This document shows positions 29,501 through 38,967 of a DNA stretch of 64,000 bases, one piece after another. The DNA comes from an uncultured cyanobacterium (GTDB lineage: Bacteria > Cyanobacteriota > Cyanobacteriia > Cyanobacteriales > Nostocaceae). The stretch covers positions 416,001-480,000 of the forward strand of contig CAVUDP010000003.1 of NCBI GenBank assembly GCA_963740315.1, given 5' to 3'. The position numbers and the translations under genes are program-made. Each line of letters begins with the position of its first letter. Position 1 is the stretch's first letter. The notes beneath the pieces were generated by a model. The model did no database searches. It was not told the origin of the DNA and saw only the letters and a list, made by a program, of their open reading frames with translations.

Positions 29501-30712
29501 CGAAAAAATAATTTTGACAAAGGCGATATTCAAACATTCACAGATAAATCGATCGAACTCTTCCTTTTTATTTCTATCGTTACAAACAAAGAAAAATTCT
29601 TCTAATTGGTCAAAAATCAATACAGTGATCAAATGATTATTAGCATTTTCTTTTAACTGTTCTAAAATGCCTGCAATTGTAATCGGTATTGATTGATAAG
29701 GCGGAGCATTTAATTCTTTGGTATAAGCGTATCGAGTCGGCGATTTATCTGCAAACATCGCTTCACCCAAAGACTTACCTAATTCCCGCACCCAATCGGT
29801 ATAAACTTGTAACACCACGGGTACTGCAATTTGGTCGCCGATCGCTCTATTTTGCAACGCTGGCACTAACCCAGCATTAACAATAGAACTTTTACCTACC
29901 CCCGACTCACCGTGAATCAAAGTTAACTTGCGATCGCTTCGACTAATTTTTCCAATCAATAAATTAATATCGCGCTCCCTACCCGAAGCAGTAATTTCCA
30001 AAGCAACATTTGTATTCTTCGCGGGTGAAACCAACACCGGATTTTTTGCTTGCCTTTGGGGTTGTAACCTCCCCGCACCAATAAAAGCACGCAACCCATA
30101 CTGTTGTTCTACCGAACGTCGTTTACCGCGAATGAAAAAAGCTTCCAAATATTTCCCCGACTCGTAATAAAGCGATCGCAACCGCCGCAAAAGCCGAATA
30201 TAGCGATGAACATCATAACGATAATCGCTATCTAAAGCTATTGATAACTTCTTACTTGCATTTTGCAAATGTTGTTGCGCTGCTTTTTCCGAATCCAAAT
30301 ATTGCAGCGCTTTCACCAAAACCAATTGATAAACTTGCTCTAACAATAATGGGAATAAAGCTTGATGTGTACGGTTAGTTTTTGCTTCTGCTAAATAAAA
30401 CAGCGATGCTTGAGCATATTGACTCGCTTGCTTCCACTTTGACTGTTGCAGCGCCACATCCGCCAAATAACCGCAATCACAAGCAAGTTGAGTGTAGCTA
30501 CCGTATTGTTGATGTAATACCAAAGACTTTTGAGCAACCAACTCTAACTCATTCCAATCCTCAAGCTGTTGTAAAACTTCGCTTAACTGCCCGATAAATT
30601 GCGCCACCAATACCGGACGTTTTGCTAATTTAAACACTTCCAAACATTGCTGAAAATAACTCACAGCAGATAGCCAATTACGATATTGTTCTCCGTGATT
30701 TCGCTCAGCCAA
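26519..30712 (-). CDS. STAND-type NTPase with coiled coil, TM helix and about 14 WD40 repeats (C-terminal part of a frameshifted gene)
   Basis: GESGVGKS Walker A, LIFDQLEE Walker B, PIELQVV, LIHDYL; repeated GH...SVSFSPDG...ASASxDKTVKLW units. Confidence 0.9.
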   Translation of the reverse strand: MAERNHGEQYRNWLSAVSYFQQCLEVFKLAKRPVLVAQFIGQLSEVLQQLEDWNELELVAQKSLVLHQQYGSYTQLACDCGYLADVALQQSKWKQASQYAQASLFYLAEAKTNRTHQALFPLLLEQVYQLVLVKALQYLDSEKAAQQHLQNASKKLSIALDSDYRYDVHRYIRLLRRLRSLYYESGKYLEAFFIRGKRRSVEQQYGLRAFIGAGRLQPQRQAKNPVLVSPAKNTNVALEITASGRERDINLLIGKISRSDRKLTLIHGESGVGKSSIVNAGLVPALQNRAIGDQIAVPVVLQVYTDWVRELGKSLGEAMFADKSPTRYAYTKELNAPPYQSIPITIAGILEQLKENANNHLITVLIFDQLEEFFFVCNDRNKKEEFDRFICECLNIAFVKIIFSLREDYLHHLLDLKRLAKQDSIGDNILDKEIRYQVNNLSSSDAKNVIQQLTERSEYSIEPALIDALVEDLSLELGEVRPIELQVVGAQLQDESITTLAKYEPYRTNKLIERYIKEIIKDCGSENEQAALLVLYLLTDENHKRPFKTKAELTSELAELETAEKLELVLEILVRSGLVVLFADVSERYQLIHDYLVDLIRFLQQEELSFQTQLRQLRNQVQQRETEITRLHSELRKKKQSKIIDNQPQQSDNLFTELKELRKREELSRMEIEGLLGELEQQKLQAQLAESKQLQKESEVKVNRSLKIALAGSITAILTLAASTVMSVYLWRQALLSEIRAISASAEELASSGKDFDALKQGLQAANKFQSTLLPDAYTKAQVMTALHQVVPQVREKETISGHLSGVNSVSFSPLNSLIASASADKTVKLWYPDGKYFRILSGHTDVVNSVTFSPDGTTVASASQDKTVKLWTVDGRVNLTLPGHKNVVNSVSFSPNGRVIASGSTDRTIKLWNRQGKLLKTLFGHNDAVLQVAFSPDGETLASASSDKTIKLWNKNGENTLTIEGHRDAITSIAWSNDSQIIASASLDNTVKLWSRQGKLLKLIPAHSEAVTAVNFSRDSQIIATVSTDKTVKLWRWKDAVLLGTLKGHKDWVNDVSFSPDGKTLASASRDKTVKLWSWQDLLLGNLKTHNKAVTSVSFSPNGNLIASGSTDKTIKLWTRNGTQIKTIQPSQEEIWDVSFSPDGKILASAGKDKTVKLWKDDGTLINKIPAHNNVVLSLSWSPNGNIFASASKDKTVKLWRRNGELITTLSGHQQAVNWVSFSHDGKLIASASDDNTVKIWDNSGKLLHTLTAHKRPVFGVSWSSKSNILASASLDGTVKLWNQNGELQQTLIAEGEEFTGVTFSPDGKLLAATSEDKVKLWQRDGTLLITLKADREEFTSISFNPDGKTLLSGTNRGTIIVRDLDNLTLKNLQIKGCDALQDYGQGDDDLCLEKR

Positions 30713-31761
30713 ACGGTAAAAACATAAACCCAGGTAGAAGAGGATAACTCCTTGGTGGAGGAGGTGAGGGGAGGGGGGAGAGGGGGAAGAGGGGGAGATG
30801 GGGGGATGGGGGACAAGGAGACATTTAACTCTTCATCTGCTAACTGCTTACTGTTCACTGTTAACTGCTCACTGTTAACTGCTAACTGGTAACTGTTAAC
30901 TGCTAAGTGATAACTGCTTCTGAAATGATCGATCGCTTTTTCCATGCAGTCTTTAACGTATTCGTCTAAACCAAACACAAATTGTAAACTAGCGTTTAAT
31001 TCTGGAGTTAAGTTAATTCCACGGGTTTGTAAGTCTTTAATTGCGTGATGCAGTTCGTTTTTGTGCTGCCAAATTTGTTCTAAGGTACATTCGCAATATT
31101 CGGATAAGTCTTCTTTAATATTTCTTGGTTGCTGCGATTCTGTTATTAAACACTTGTTAGCACATCGGTTATTTTTGATGATTTGAGGTTCTTTTTCTCG
31201 TGAGAAAGCAATATTTAAAACTGTGGTAAATAATGAATCGGTTTCTTGCTGCAAAAATTGCTGCAATTGTACCGTTGTCATTTCAAATTTAATCGGTGTT
31301 GCAGCCCAATTGGCAAAATCTGGGGCTAATCGTCGCAGTTTTCGCAATACTTCTTCGTTTACCCACAGCACCATCGGAAAAGGATGTTTTTTACGAAATT
31401 CATCTCGCACGTGGTTGATGGTACTTAATAAGTCATCGAGTCCATTAACTGACTCTAAACCCAAAACCATTAATGCTATTTGATTATGATTTTGAATTTC
31501 TTGGTGGGTTTCAACTATTTTTGTATGAATTGTGGTGTATAAACTTGTTGCGTGAGCAGGTAAAGATACTTTTTGCAGCAAGTAGTTTTTACCTAAATTT
31601 TCTTGGAGTTGCCTTCTTATTCGCTGTTGTAAAACTTCATAATTACAGCACACCAACACGAGCGAGAATTCCCCGCTAGAAAGAGAAATCGCTCGCGTTA
31701 AACTTTTTAAAGCAGAAGCATTATTCTCGACTAAATCTGATTGTTGTGTTGTTCCAACCAC
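30661..31761 (-). CDS. N-terminal part of the STAND-WD40 gene (degenerate NTPase-like domain), frameshifted
   Basis: LMVLGLE...NHVRDEF...APDFANW pattern; ends in a Pro-rich repeat tract and overlaps the downstream frame. Confidence 0.7.
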   Translation of the reverse strand: MVGTTQQSDLVENNASALKSLTRAISLSSGEFSLVLVCCNYEVLQQRIRRQLQENLGKNYLLQKVSLPAHATSLYTTIHTKIVETHQEIQNHNQIALMVLGLESVNGLDDLLSTINHVRDEFRKKHPFPMVLWVNEEVLRKLRRLAPDFANWAATPIKFEMTTVQLQQFLQQETDSLFTTVLNIAFSREKEPQIIKNNRCANKCLITESQQPRNIKEDLSEYCECTLEQIWQHKNELHHAIKDLQTRGINLTPELNASLQFVFGLDEYVKDCMEKAIDHFRSSYHLAVNSYQLAVNSEQLTVNSKQLADEELNVSLSPIPPSPPLPPLPPPLTSSTKELSSSTWVYVFTVWLSEITENNIVIGYLL

Positions 31762-33068
31762 GATCTAAACTTCCTGGTTTCTGCTAAAACTGGGTTGACT
31801 GCAAACCAAACTCCTTGATTGTCGCGGTACTCGAAAACAAATAAGCTTCGTAGCAAAGTATGATATTCGATATCGCCTCTAACTCGCTGCTGCTGTACTA
31901 CTTGGAAAATTAATTCCCATTCAGGGGTATCAATCGCGTTGGCTCGATAATCGCGATGTCTTTGAATTACTAACTCCACGCATTCTTTGTTAAAAGGTGG
32001 ATCTTGTTCCCTGATACAATCAAACAATAATCCTAACAAGTCTCGCACGTGACCGCCACTAATTAAACACAACCGATTTAAGGTTTCCGGACTGTCGAAA
32101 AGTTCTGTAATAAAATGTAACCTTTCGCCGGGATTAATAGTAGGAAAAGCCCTAGCTAAAACCATTTGTCGCAAACTTTCCAATCCAGGAATAAAAATTT
32201 CACCAGTACGCTTACGCACGGGAATCATTGGTAAAACTTTTGGCGCAACACCACCACCCAAACGATGCTGTAATTGAGCGCTATCGTTGGAAAAAGTTAA
32301 TCCCAAAGGTATCGTATAAACCATATGGCAATTGAGTTTGCGTAACTGTTCTCCGCGATCGATAAATAAATACTCAGGTAGAGATCGTCCCGACGGTAAA
32401 GGACGAATTGCCACTCGATCCAAGTTATCAACAATTACCACCAAACCTTTTTTACCTCTAGCTTTGAGTTCTTGATTAGCACGTCCTAATAACTCGTGAT
32501 TGATAGAGTGTAAAATATTCTGAGTTCGCGGTTCCAAATAATCCCTTAACCGTCGCCGCAACTGAGGACTTTCCTTGGTTTTCGTAGTGATTTTAGCAAT
32601 TCCTACCGATAATTCACCTTCCAATTCTAGATCGATCGGAGTTTGAAGAAAATCAACAATTTCGCCAAACAACTTCGCAAAATAGGAAGGCTTCAACCGA
32701 ATTTTTATTGACTCCAAACTCTGAGATACTTGTCCGGCGATCGCTAAAAAGATATCGGTAATATCTAAGTCCACCATTTCCAAAACGTGGGTGGATTCAA
32801 AATAAACTACATGAAATTGTTTCAGTTCTAATTCAGCTTTTAATCGCAATAACTCGGTCGATTTACCGCAGCCAATATGCCCGGTGAAAAGTTGAGTTGT
32901 GGGTGCATCCGGTGATATTCTAGTAATAGTCCGCCGTAGCGCTTCAATAATTTTTCCGCCTCTTACCTCAGCGAAATCAATATAATATCGTCGAGCATCA
33001 GCATCTCCCATTACTAGAGGTTGGCTCGGATTACACGCTTGATAAAATCTTTCTAAGTTTAAAAGCAT
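31731..33068 (-). CDS. P-loop ATPase (cyanobacterial AAA/KAP-like)
   Basis: GHIGCGKST Walker A, VVIVDNLDR Walker B, SGGHVR; overlaps the downstream gene by 31 nt. Confidence 0.88.
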   Translation of the reverse strand: MLLNLERFYQACNPSQPLVMGDADARRYYIDFAEVRGGKIIEALRRTITRISPDAPTTQLFTGHIGCGKSTELLRLKAELELKQFHVVYFESTHVLEMVDLDITDIFLAIAGQVSQSLESIKIRLKPSYFAKLFGEIVDFLQTPIDLELEGELSVGIAKITTKTKESPQLRRRLRDYLEPRTQNILHSINHELLGRANQELKARGKKGLVVIVDNLDRVAIRPLPSGRSLPEYLFIDRGEQLRKLNCHMVYTIPLGLTFSNDSAQLQHRLGGGVAPKVLPMIPVRKRTGEIFIPGLESLRQMVLARAFPTINPGERLHFITELFDSPETLNRLCLISGGHVRDLLGLLFDCIREQDPPFNKECVELVIQRHRDYRANAIDTPEWELIFQVVQQQRVRGDIEYHTLLRSLFVFEYRDNQGVWFAVNPVLAETRKFRSWLEQHNNQI

Positions 33069-33922
33069 ACATAAAAGACGGCGACTCGTTCTATTTGAAA
33101 GACGAGATTTACAACACTATGAGGATTTTCGTTATTGAATGATTTTCAATTTAGATACAAATTAGAAATGCAGTATTCCGGAATTATAAATAGTTTTATT
33201 CGCTAATGTTTGGATACAATAGTTACAGAAATAAACAATATTTTTGGTATCCAGACAAATGTTAGAAAAACTTCTTAGCTTTCCCAATGTTCTAGTATCA
33301 ACTATTTTAGATAATAGCTATAACTATTGATGAATATCGCTATTTTTTATACTAATTAGCTTTATTCAAATGATAGCCATAATCTATACCGTAGATTCCA
33401 CTAATTTAGATTGAATGTTTAAAAGTAAACCATAAACAACTTATCTTTATTAACATTACCAATTAAGTATTATCTACAGATATATCAATAATGATACAGA
33501 AATATACGGCGAAGGCTAATTGCAAACGTAATTGATATCTTGTAATAAAACTACAAAACAAATTAACTAATACATTAGCGATATTTTCAGTTCATTAAAA
33601 TGAACTACAACTATAATCGGAATAGTATAGCAAACGGCAGATGTAACGATCCGCATATGCGGTGAACTGTGAATACATTCTAATTATTTAGATTATTTAG
33701 AATGATATATATGACCTTTCTTTTCCTGATTTTCCCGGTGCAATTAAATGAAGCTTCTTAAACACTATTATATATAACTTAATCTCAGTAAAATTGTCTA
33801 AGTAAAATTTCGTATATATAAAAAAAAATAGTAAGATAAAGGAGTAATTAGAAAACTAATCCTAAAAATCCTAAAAACAATGAATTAAAACACAATACCT
33901 AATAATTAAAAAGAAAAATGCA

Positions 33923-34138
33923 TTAATTCTTACAATTTCCCGAACGAAGACAATCTTTAATTCGGTCATCTCTAGCCGATATTAGTTCATGCGTTAAATA
34001 TGGTTGAATTTTCGCACCAGTAACAAAATCGGTAATTCTAGATTCGTTATAGAAACCTAAAAAATTAACAGCATTCCAACCAATCATAGGTAATGCCAAC
34101 ACGGCGCAACAAATAGTACTATGCATCTTCAACCTCAA
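33923..34138 (-). CDS. Small hypothetical protein
   Basis: 71-aa ORF with hydrophobic N-terminus and Cys pair at the C-terminus; only coding-like stretch in a long AT-rich spacer. Confidence 0.4.
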   Translation of the reverse strand: MRLKMHSTICCAVLALPMIGWNAVNFLGFYNESRITDFVTGAKIQPYLTHELISARDDRIKDCLRSGNCKN

Positions 34139-34282
34139 GTAAAATTGTAGGTTACATAGTAGACTCCCACTTCAACAAACATTCTTACAGCAGAGCAGTG
34201 TAAAGCGATCGATAAAAATCAACTTACACTTTTCTGATAACTTATCCAGCCTAAATTTTGGAAAACCGGATAAAAATGGAAA

Positions 34283-34565
34283 ATGGGGAGAAGGGGAGAT
34301 GGGGAGAGGGGGAGATGGGGAGTACTTCGACAAGCTCAGTAACCTTTGGGGAGATGGGGAGTACTTCGACAAGCTCAGTAACCTTTGGGGAGATGGGGAG
34401 ATGGGGAGATGGGGAGAGGGGGAGATGGGGAGATGGGGAGACAAGGGAAAATATAAACTTCTTCACTCTAAACTGGTAACTGGTAACTGGTAACTGGTAA
34501 CTGGTAACTGTTCACTGCTAACTGATAACTGTTCACTGATAACTGATAACTGTTCACTGATAATT
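34283..34565. repeat. STRR tract with two 39-bp CTTCGACAAGCTCAGT units and CTGGTAA/CTGATAA heptamers
   Basis: GGGGAGAT octamers; 39-bp units at 34321 and 34360; heptamer run at 34472-34562. Confidence 0.9.
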
Positions 34566-34573
34566 GATTTAAT

Positions 34574-35359
34574 ATGACTCGTTCTTCAGAAGCTGAAACT
34601 ACTACCACAAAAGACATTGACGTTAACGCGACTCAATCAGATATTCTTGATGAGTTACCTGGTGAAGTAGAAATGTCGCTTTTCGATCATTTAGAAGAAT
34701 TGCGACTGCGGATTTTTTATGCGCTGATAGCTGTAGTGCTAAGTGCGATCGCCTGTTTCGTTTTCGTGAAACAAATTGTCCAACTCTTGGAAATACCTGC
34801 TCAAGGAGTCAAATTTCTTCAACTCGCTCCCGGCGAATATTTTTTCGTATCTATAAAAGTTGCTGGCTATAGTGGTTTAGTATTGGCTAGCCCATTTGTT
34901 TTATATCAAATCGTTCAATTTGTTTTACCGGGATTAACTAGAAGAGAACGTCGTTTACTTATACCCGTATTTATGGGTTCTAGCGTGCTGTTTCTATCGG
35001 GGTTGGTATTTGCTTACTTTGCACTAATTCCCGCAGCTTTGAATTTTTTCATCAACTATGGTGCGGATGTCGTAGAACAAAGTTGGTCAATTGATAAGTA
35101 TTTTGAATTTGTTTTGTTATTGCTATTTAGTACGGGTTTAGCATTTCAAATCCCCGTCATTCAACTGTTACTTGGTGCTTTAGGAATTGTGTCTTCCAAA
35201 GTCATGATTTCAGGCTGGCGTTACGTAATTATGGGAGCCGTAGTTTTAGGAGCCATTCTTACACCTTCCACAGATCCACTTACCCAAAGTCTTTTAGCAG
35301 GAGCAGTTCTAGGATTATACTTTGGCGGAATTGGCTTAGTTAAATTAATTGGTAAGTAA
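34574..35359 (+). CDS. tatC: Twin-arginine translocase subunit TatC
   Basis: DHLEELR, FVLPGL..RE, FQIP, TPSTDP; six TM segments. Confidence 0.96.
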   Translation: MTRSSEAETTTTKDIDVNATQSDILDELPGEVEMSLFDHLEELRLRIFYALIAVVLSAIACFVFVKQIVQLLEIPAQGVKFLQLAPGEYFFVSIKVAGYSGLVLASPFVLYQIVQFVLPGLTRRERRLLIPVFMGSSVLFLSGLVFAYFALIPAALNFFINYGADVVEQSWSIDKYFEFVLLLLFSTGLAFQIPVIQLLLGALGIVSSKVMISGWRYVIMGAVVLGAILTPSTDPLTQSLLAGAVLGLYFGGIGLVKLIGK

Positions 35360-35448
35360 TAGGTACCTTGTAGGGTGTGTTATGGCGCGACGGATAATTT
35401 GGGTTTTAACAAAATATATATGTTTCGCGCCTAACGCACCATTTTAAT

Positions 35449-35574
35449 TAGGACTTACGATATTGTCACAAATGTTTGATGGTGCGTGACGCTAAAAACC
35501 TTATTACTACGTTCAAATTAACGAGGCGGCGTCACACACCCTACAAAAAAAATGTGCCAGTTGCGTAAGTCCTA
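35449..35574. mobile_element. 126-bp MITE-like element (TIR TAGGACTTACG/CGTAAGTCCTA) with 5-bp TTAAT target duplication
   Basis: Perfect 11-bp TIR; TTAAT on both sides; empty site in the duplicated copy near 35779. Confidence 0.8.
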
Positions 35575-35931
35575 TTAATGTCATGTTGTATCTAAAATTG
35601 GGCTATAAGACAATAAAAATATATTTTGTTAAATATGATAATTCTAATTAACCTATTAAATTAGGTAAAAGAGTTCTTTAAATTTTTTAGTTATTATCTA
35701 GCTTGTAGGGTATGTTATGGCGCGACGGATAATTTGGGTTTTAACAAAATATATATGTTTCGCGCCTAACGCACCATTTTAATGTCAATAAAAATATATT
35801 TTGTTAAATATGATAATTTTAATTAACCTATTAAATGTGGATGGTGCGTTAAACGTATAAAAACCATCATTTAAATCATATATAGTCATCCGTTTAACAC
35901 ACCCTACTAGCTACAATTACCAATTACCCAT

Positions 35932-36249
35932 TTAAATTCTATGCTGCATAATTTCATTTTCCGACTTCCACAAAGAAGCAGGGTTACGCCAATACATACT
36001 ATTTTCCCTTTCCATAAGTTGATAGCCAACCAATTCCCTTCTCAAAGTAGCGAAATCCGAATGATGGTTACTAATAATTTCATTTACCTGAGATTCTTTA
36101 TAAATAAAATCTAGCTCAAACTTTCTTACCAACCATCGAAGTACAACAAAACGTTTTTTTCTAGATGCAGGAATTCTAATTATTTTAATCCCATCAAGAT
36201 AACTTTTGAGAACTTTGTTTTCCCAAGTTTCTAACTTAATATTTGTCAT
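35932..36249 (-). CDS. DUF2087 domain protein
   Basis: IPASRKKR, Y.E..VN, DFATLRRELV motifs. Confidence 0.85.
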   Translation of the reverse strand: MTNIKLETWENKVLKSYLDGIKIIRIPASRKKRFVVLRWLVRKFELDFIYKESQVNEIISNHHSDFATLRRELVGYQLMERENSMYWRNPASLWKSENEIMQHRI

Positions 36250-36633
36250 ATATTTATTTGATTTAAAATTTGAAAGAATTAATTAATCTAAAAAGTAGAT
36301 CGCGTTTTGTTACCACTACTACATAAGCAAAGTTCATGCAGGTAGACTTCAATAATTTGTAACCTACAGAGGCTGGTTTTATTTGTGTATCAACGGTTTC
36401 AACCGCTATACAGCCCGTCGGGTAAAGTATTTATAAATAATACCAATAAAGAAAAATAAATTCGATAACTTAATCTACTATTCTCTTAATAAATAAAATA
36501 TAAAATTATTTATCATAGCCTTAAAAAAAACTAATTAATAAAAAAGTTCTCCTCACATAATGTCGTAACATTATCAAAAAATTATCGCGTTTTTAATGAG
36601 AACAAATGCTGTAGTATTACGTAAATTAAAAAG

Positions 36634-36942
36634 CTATAATATCCATTCGGAAGTACGCTCGCCTAAATCCAAAGGAACGCTAACAGCTTTACCAAGTCGC
36701 GGACGTTCTCGCGTTTCTTGAATGAATGCCTGTACCTGTTTGGTGCCGCCCATTCCATCAAGATAACTTGCAATGCTATCTAAATGTTCTAGGTATTCAT
36801 TCTCATTCAAAGGAAACGAAGCCTGCTCTAAATATTTCCACATTACCTGTAGAAATAGTTTGCCCATGCTTCGACGTAACTGGACATCATAGGAACGTCC
36901 CCACTTATCAAGTAATATTTGACGTAATTCTTGTCCTGTCAT
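36634..36942 (-). CDS. DUF3067 family protein
   Basis: KWGRSYDVQL, LQVMWKYLEQASFP, RPRLGKAVS; usual position divergent from petC. Confidence 0.9.
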   Translation of the reverse strand: MTGQELRQILLDKWGRSYDVQLRRSMGKLFLQVMWKYLEQASFPLNENEYLEHLDSIASYLDGMGGTKQVQAFIQETRERPRLGKAVSVPLDLGERTSEWIL

Positions 36943-37162
36943 AGCTTTACTTTTCGGATATTTTACATTTAGTAATGATGTGAAGTTCCGTAACTCCAGT
37001 ATGATAGGAACATAAAGAAATGTAATGCTAAAAGAAAAGATGCTGGAAAATCTTGTTTAAGATAATCTGGCATTGAAAACGGGCATGGGCATACCGGACG
37101 AGAGTTTCGACCTTAACAGAACTCAAGTCAAAAAATTAACATAAACAACCTTGAAGTAGATT

Positions 37163-37702
37163 ATGGCTCAATTCTCTGAATCAACAGATGTACCCGATAT
37201 GGGTCGTCGGCAATTCATGAATCTTCTGACCTTCGGAACTGTTACCGGAGTAGCTCTGGGAGTATTGTATCCCGTTATCAAGTATTTTATTCCGCCTTCG
37301 AGTGGTGGTGCTGGTGGTGGTACTACAGCTAAGAACGAACTTGGCGATACTGTTGCGGTTTCTGAGTTTTTAGACAAACATAACGTTGGCGATCGCGTTT
37401 TGGTACAAGGACTCAAAGGCGATCCAACATACATTGTGGTGGATGGGAGCGAATCGATTCAAGATTATGGAATCAATGCGATCTGTACCCATTTGGGTTG
37501 TGTTGTACCTTGGAATATTGCTGAAAACAAATTCAAGTGTCCCTGCCACGGTTCCCAGTATGATGCTACTGGTAAAGTAGTTCGCGGTCCTGCACCATTG
37601 TCTTTAGCACTAAGTCATGTAGCGGTACAAGATGACAACATGGTGCTTACTCCTTGGACTGAAACTGACTTCCGCACCAATGAAGATCCTTGGTGGGCTT
37701 AA
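37163..37702 (+). CDS. petC: Cytochrome b6f Rieske iron-sulfur subunit
   Basis: RRQFMN Tat motif, CTHLGC and CPCHGS. Confidence 0.98.
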   Translation: MAQFSESTDVPDMGRRQFMNLLTFGTVTGVALGVLYPVIKYFIPPSSGGAGGGTTAKNELGDTVAVSEFLDKHNVGDRVLVQGLKGDPTYIVVDGSESIQDYGINAICTHLGCVVPWNIAENKFKCPCHGSQYDATGKVVRGPAPLSLALSHVAVQDDNMVLTPWTETDFRTNEDPWWA

Positions 37703-37905
37703 GCCTGTATCAGTTATCACTTATCAGTTTTAACGGTTTACGTTAAGGAGATTGGCTTAATAAACCGTTGACTTCTTGATACGGAACACAAACCGATAAA
37801 AGTTAATTTTGAGATTAATTTTGAGATTAATTTGGATAACTAATGGCTGTTCGCTGTTCCGATCGCTTTTTTCCTCGACTAATACCCAACAAATTCCTAA
37901 CAGAG

Positions 37906-38904
37906 ATGAGAAATACTTGTACCACTAGGTTAAATCGCCTATTTAACGCGATTTCCAAAACATTGCTGGTGGCGATCGCCACGGTGACATTTTTCTTCAC
38001 CAGCGATCTAGCACTACCTCAAGCAGCAGCAGCTTATCCTTTCTGGGCGCAAGCAGCGTATCCGGAAACCCCTAGAGAACCTACAGGGCGGATTGTTTGC
38101 GCTAACTGTCACTTAGCTGAAAAGGTTACTGGTGTAGAAGTTCCCCAATCAGTTTTGCCGGATACCGTATTTAAAGCGGTAGTTAAAATTCCTTACGATA
38201 CCAGCCTCAAACAAGTAGGTGCGGACGGTTCCAAAGTAGGTTTAAATGTTGGTGCCGTATTAATGTTACCCGAAGGCTTTAAACTTGCTCCACCCGAACG
38301 CATTCCCGAAGAGTTAAAAGAAGAAGTCGGAGATGTTTACTTCCAACCTTACGGCGAAGACAAAGATAACATCTATATAGTTGGTCCTTTACCGGGCGAA
38401 CAATACCAAGAAATTGTTTTTCCAATTCTTTCTCCCAACCCCGCAGATGACAAAAGTATAAAATTCGGTAAATACGCCGTTCACGTCGGTGGAAACCGAG
38501 GGCGCGGACAAGTTTACCCAACTGGCGAGAATAGCAATAATAACATTTTCGTAACCAAATCTGCTGGTACAATTACCAAAATTGCCAAAGAAGAAGATGA
38601 TTTTGGTGGCGTAAAATATGCTGTAGACGTTCAAGGCGCAAACGGAGAAACCGTTACAACTACAATTCCCGCAGGTCCGGAGTTGATTGTTTCCGAAGGA
38701 CAAAAAGTCGCAGCGGGTGAAGCTTTAACCAATAACCCAAACGTGGGCGGTTTTGGTCAGCATGATACAGAAATAGTACTGCAAAGTGCTGGCAGAATCA
38801 GAGGATTGATCGGATTTACGGCGCTTGTAATGATGGCTCAAATTATGCTCGTCCTCAAGAAGAAACAAGTTGAAAAAGTTCAAGCCGCTGAAATGAACTT
38901 TTAA
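37906..38904 (+). CDS. petA: Apocytochrome f
   Basis: YPFWAQ, CANCH heme motif, [16 protein letters not shown]; start set at ATG 37906. Confidence 0.98.
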   Translation: MRNTCTTRLNRLFNAISKTLLVAIATVTFFFTSDLALPQAAAAYPFWAQAAYPETPREPTGRIVCANCHLAEKVTGVEVPQSVLPDTVFKAVVKIPYDTSLKQVGADGSKVGLNVGAVLMLPEGFKLAPPERIPEELKEEVGDVYFQPYGEDKDNIYIVGPLPGEQYQEIVFPILSPNPADDKSIKFGKYAVHVGGNRGRGQVYPTGENSNNNIFVTKSAGTITKIAKEEDDFGGVKYAVDVQGANGETVTTTIPAGPELIVSEGQKVAAGEALTNNPNVGGFGQHDTEIVLQSAGRIRGLIGFTALVMMAQIMLVLKKKQVEKVQAAEMNF

Positions 38905-38939
38905 TCGTAGTCATTATCAAATTAAATAATTGATTTTGG

Positions 38940-38967
38940 GACAGGTGCTTTACCTGTCTTTTTTTTT
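38940..38967 (+). terminator. Rho-independent terminator after petA
   Basis: GACAGGT-GCTTT-ACCTGTC hairpin followed by a T run. Confidence 0.85.

Noticed and set aside
34172..34493. Four overlapping small ORFs
   Set aside because: They are translations of STRR and 39-bp repeats.
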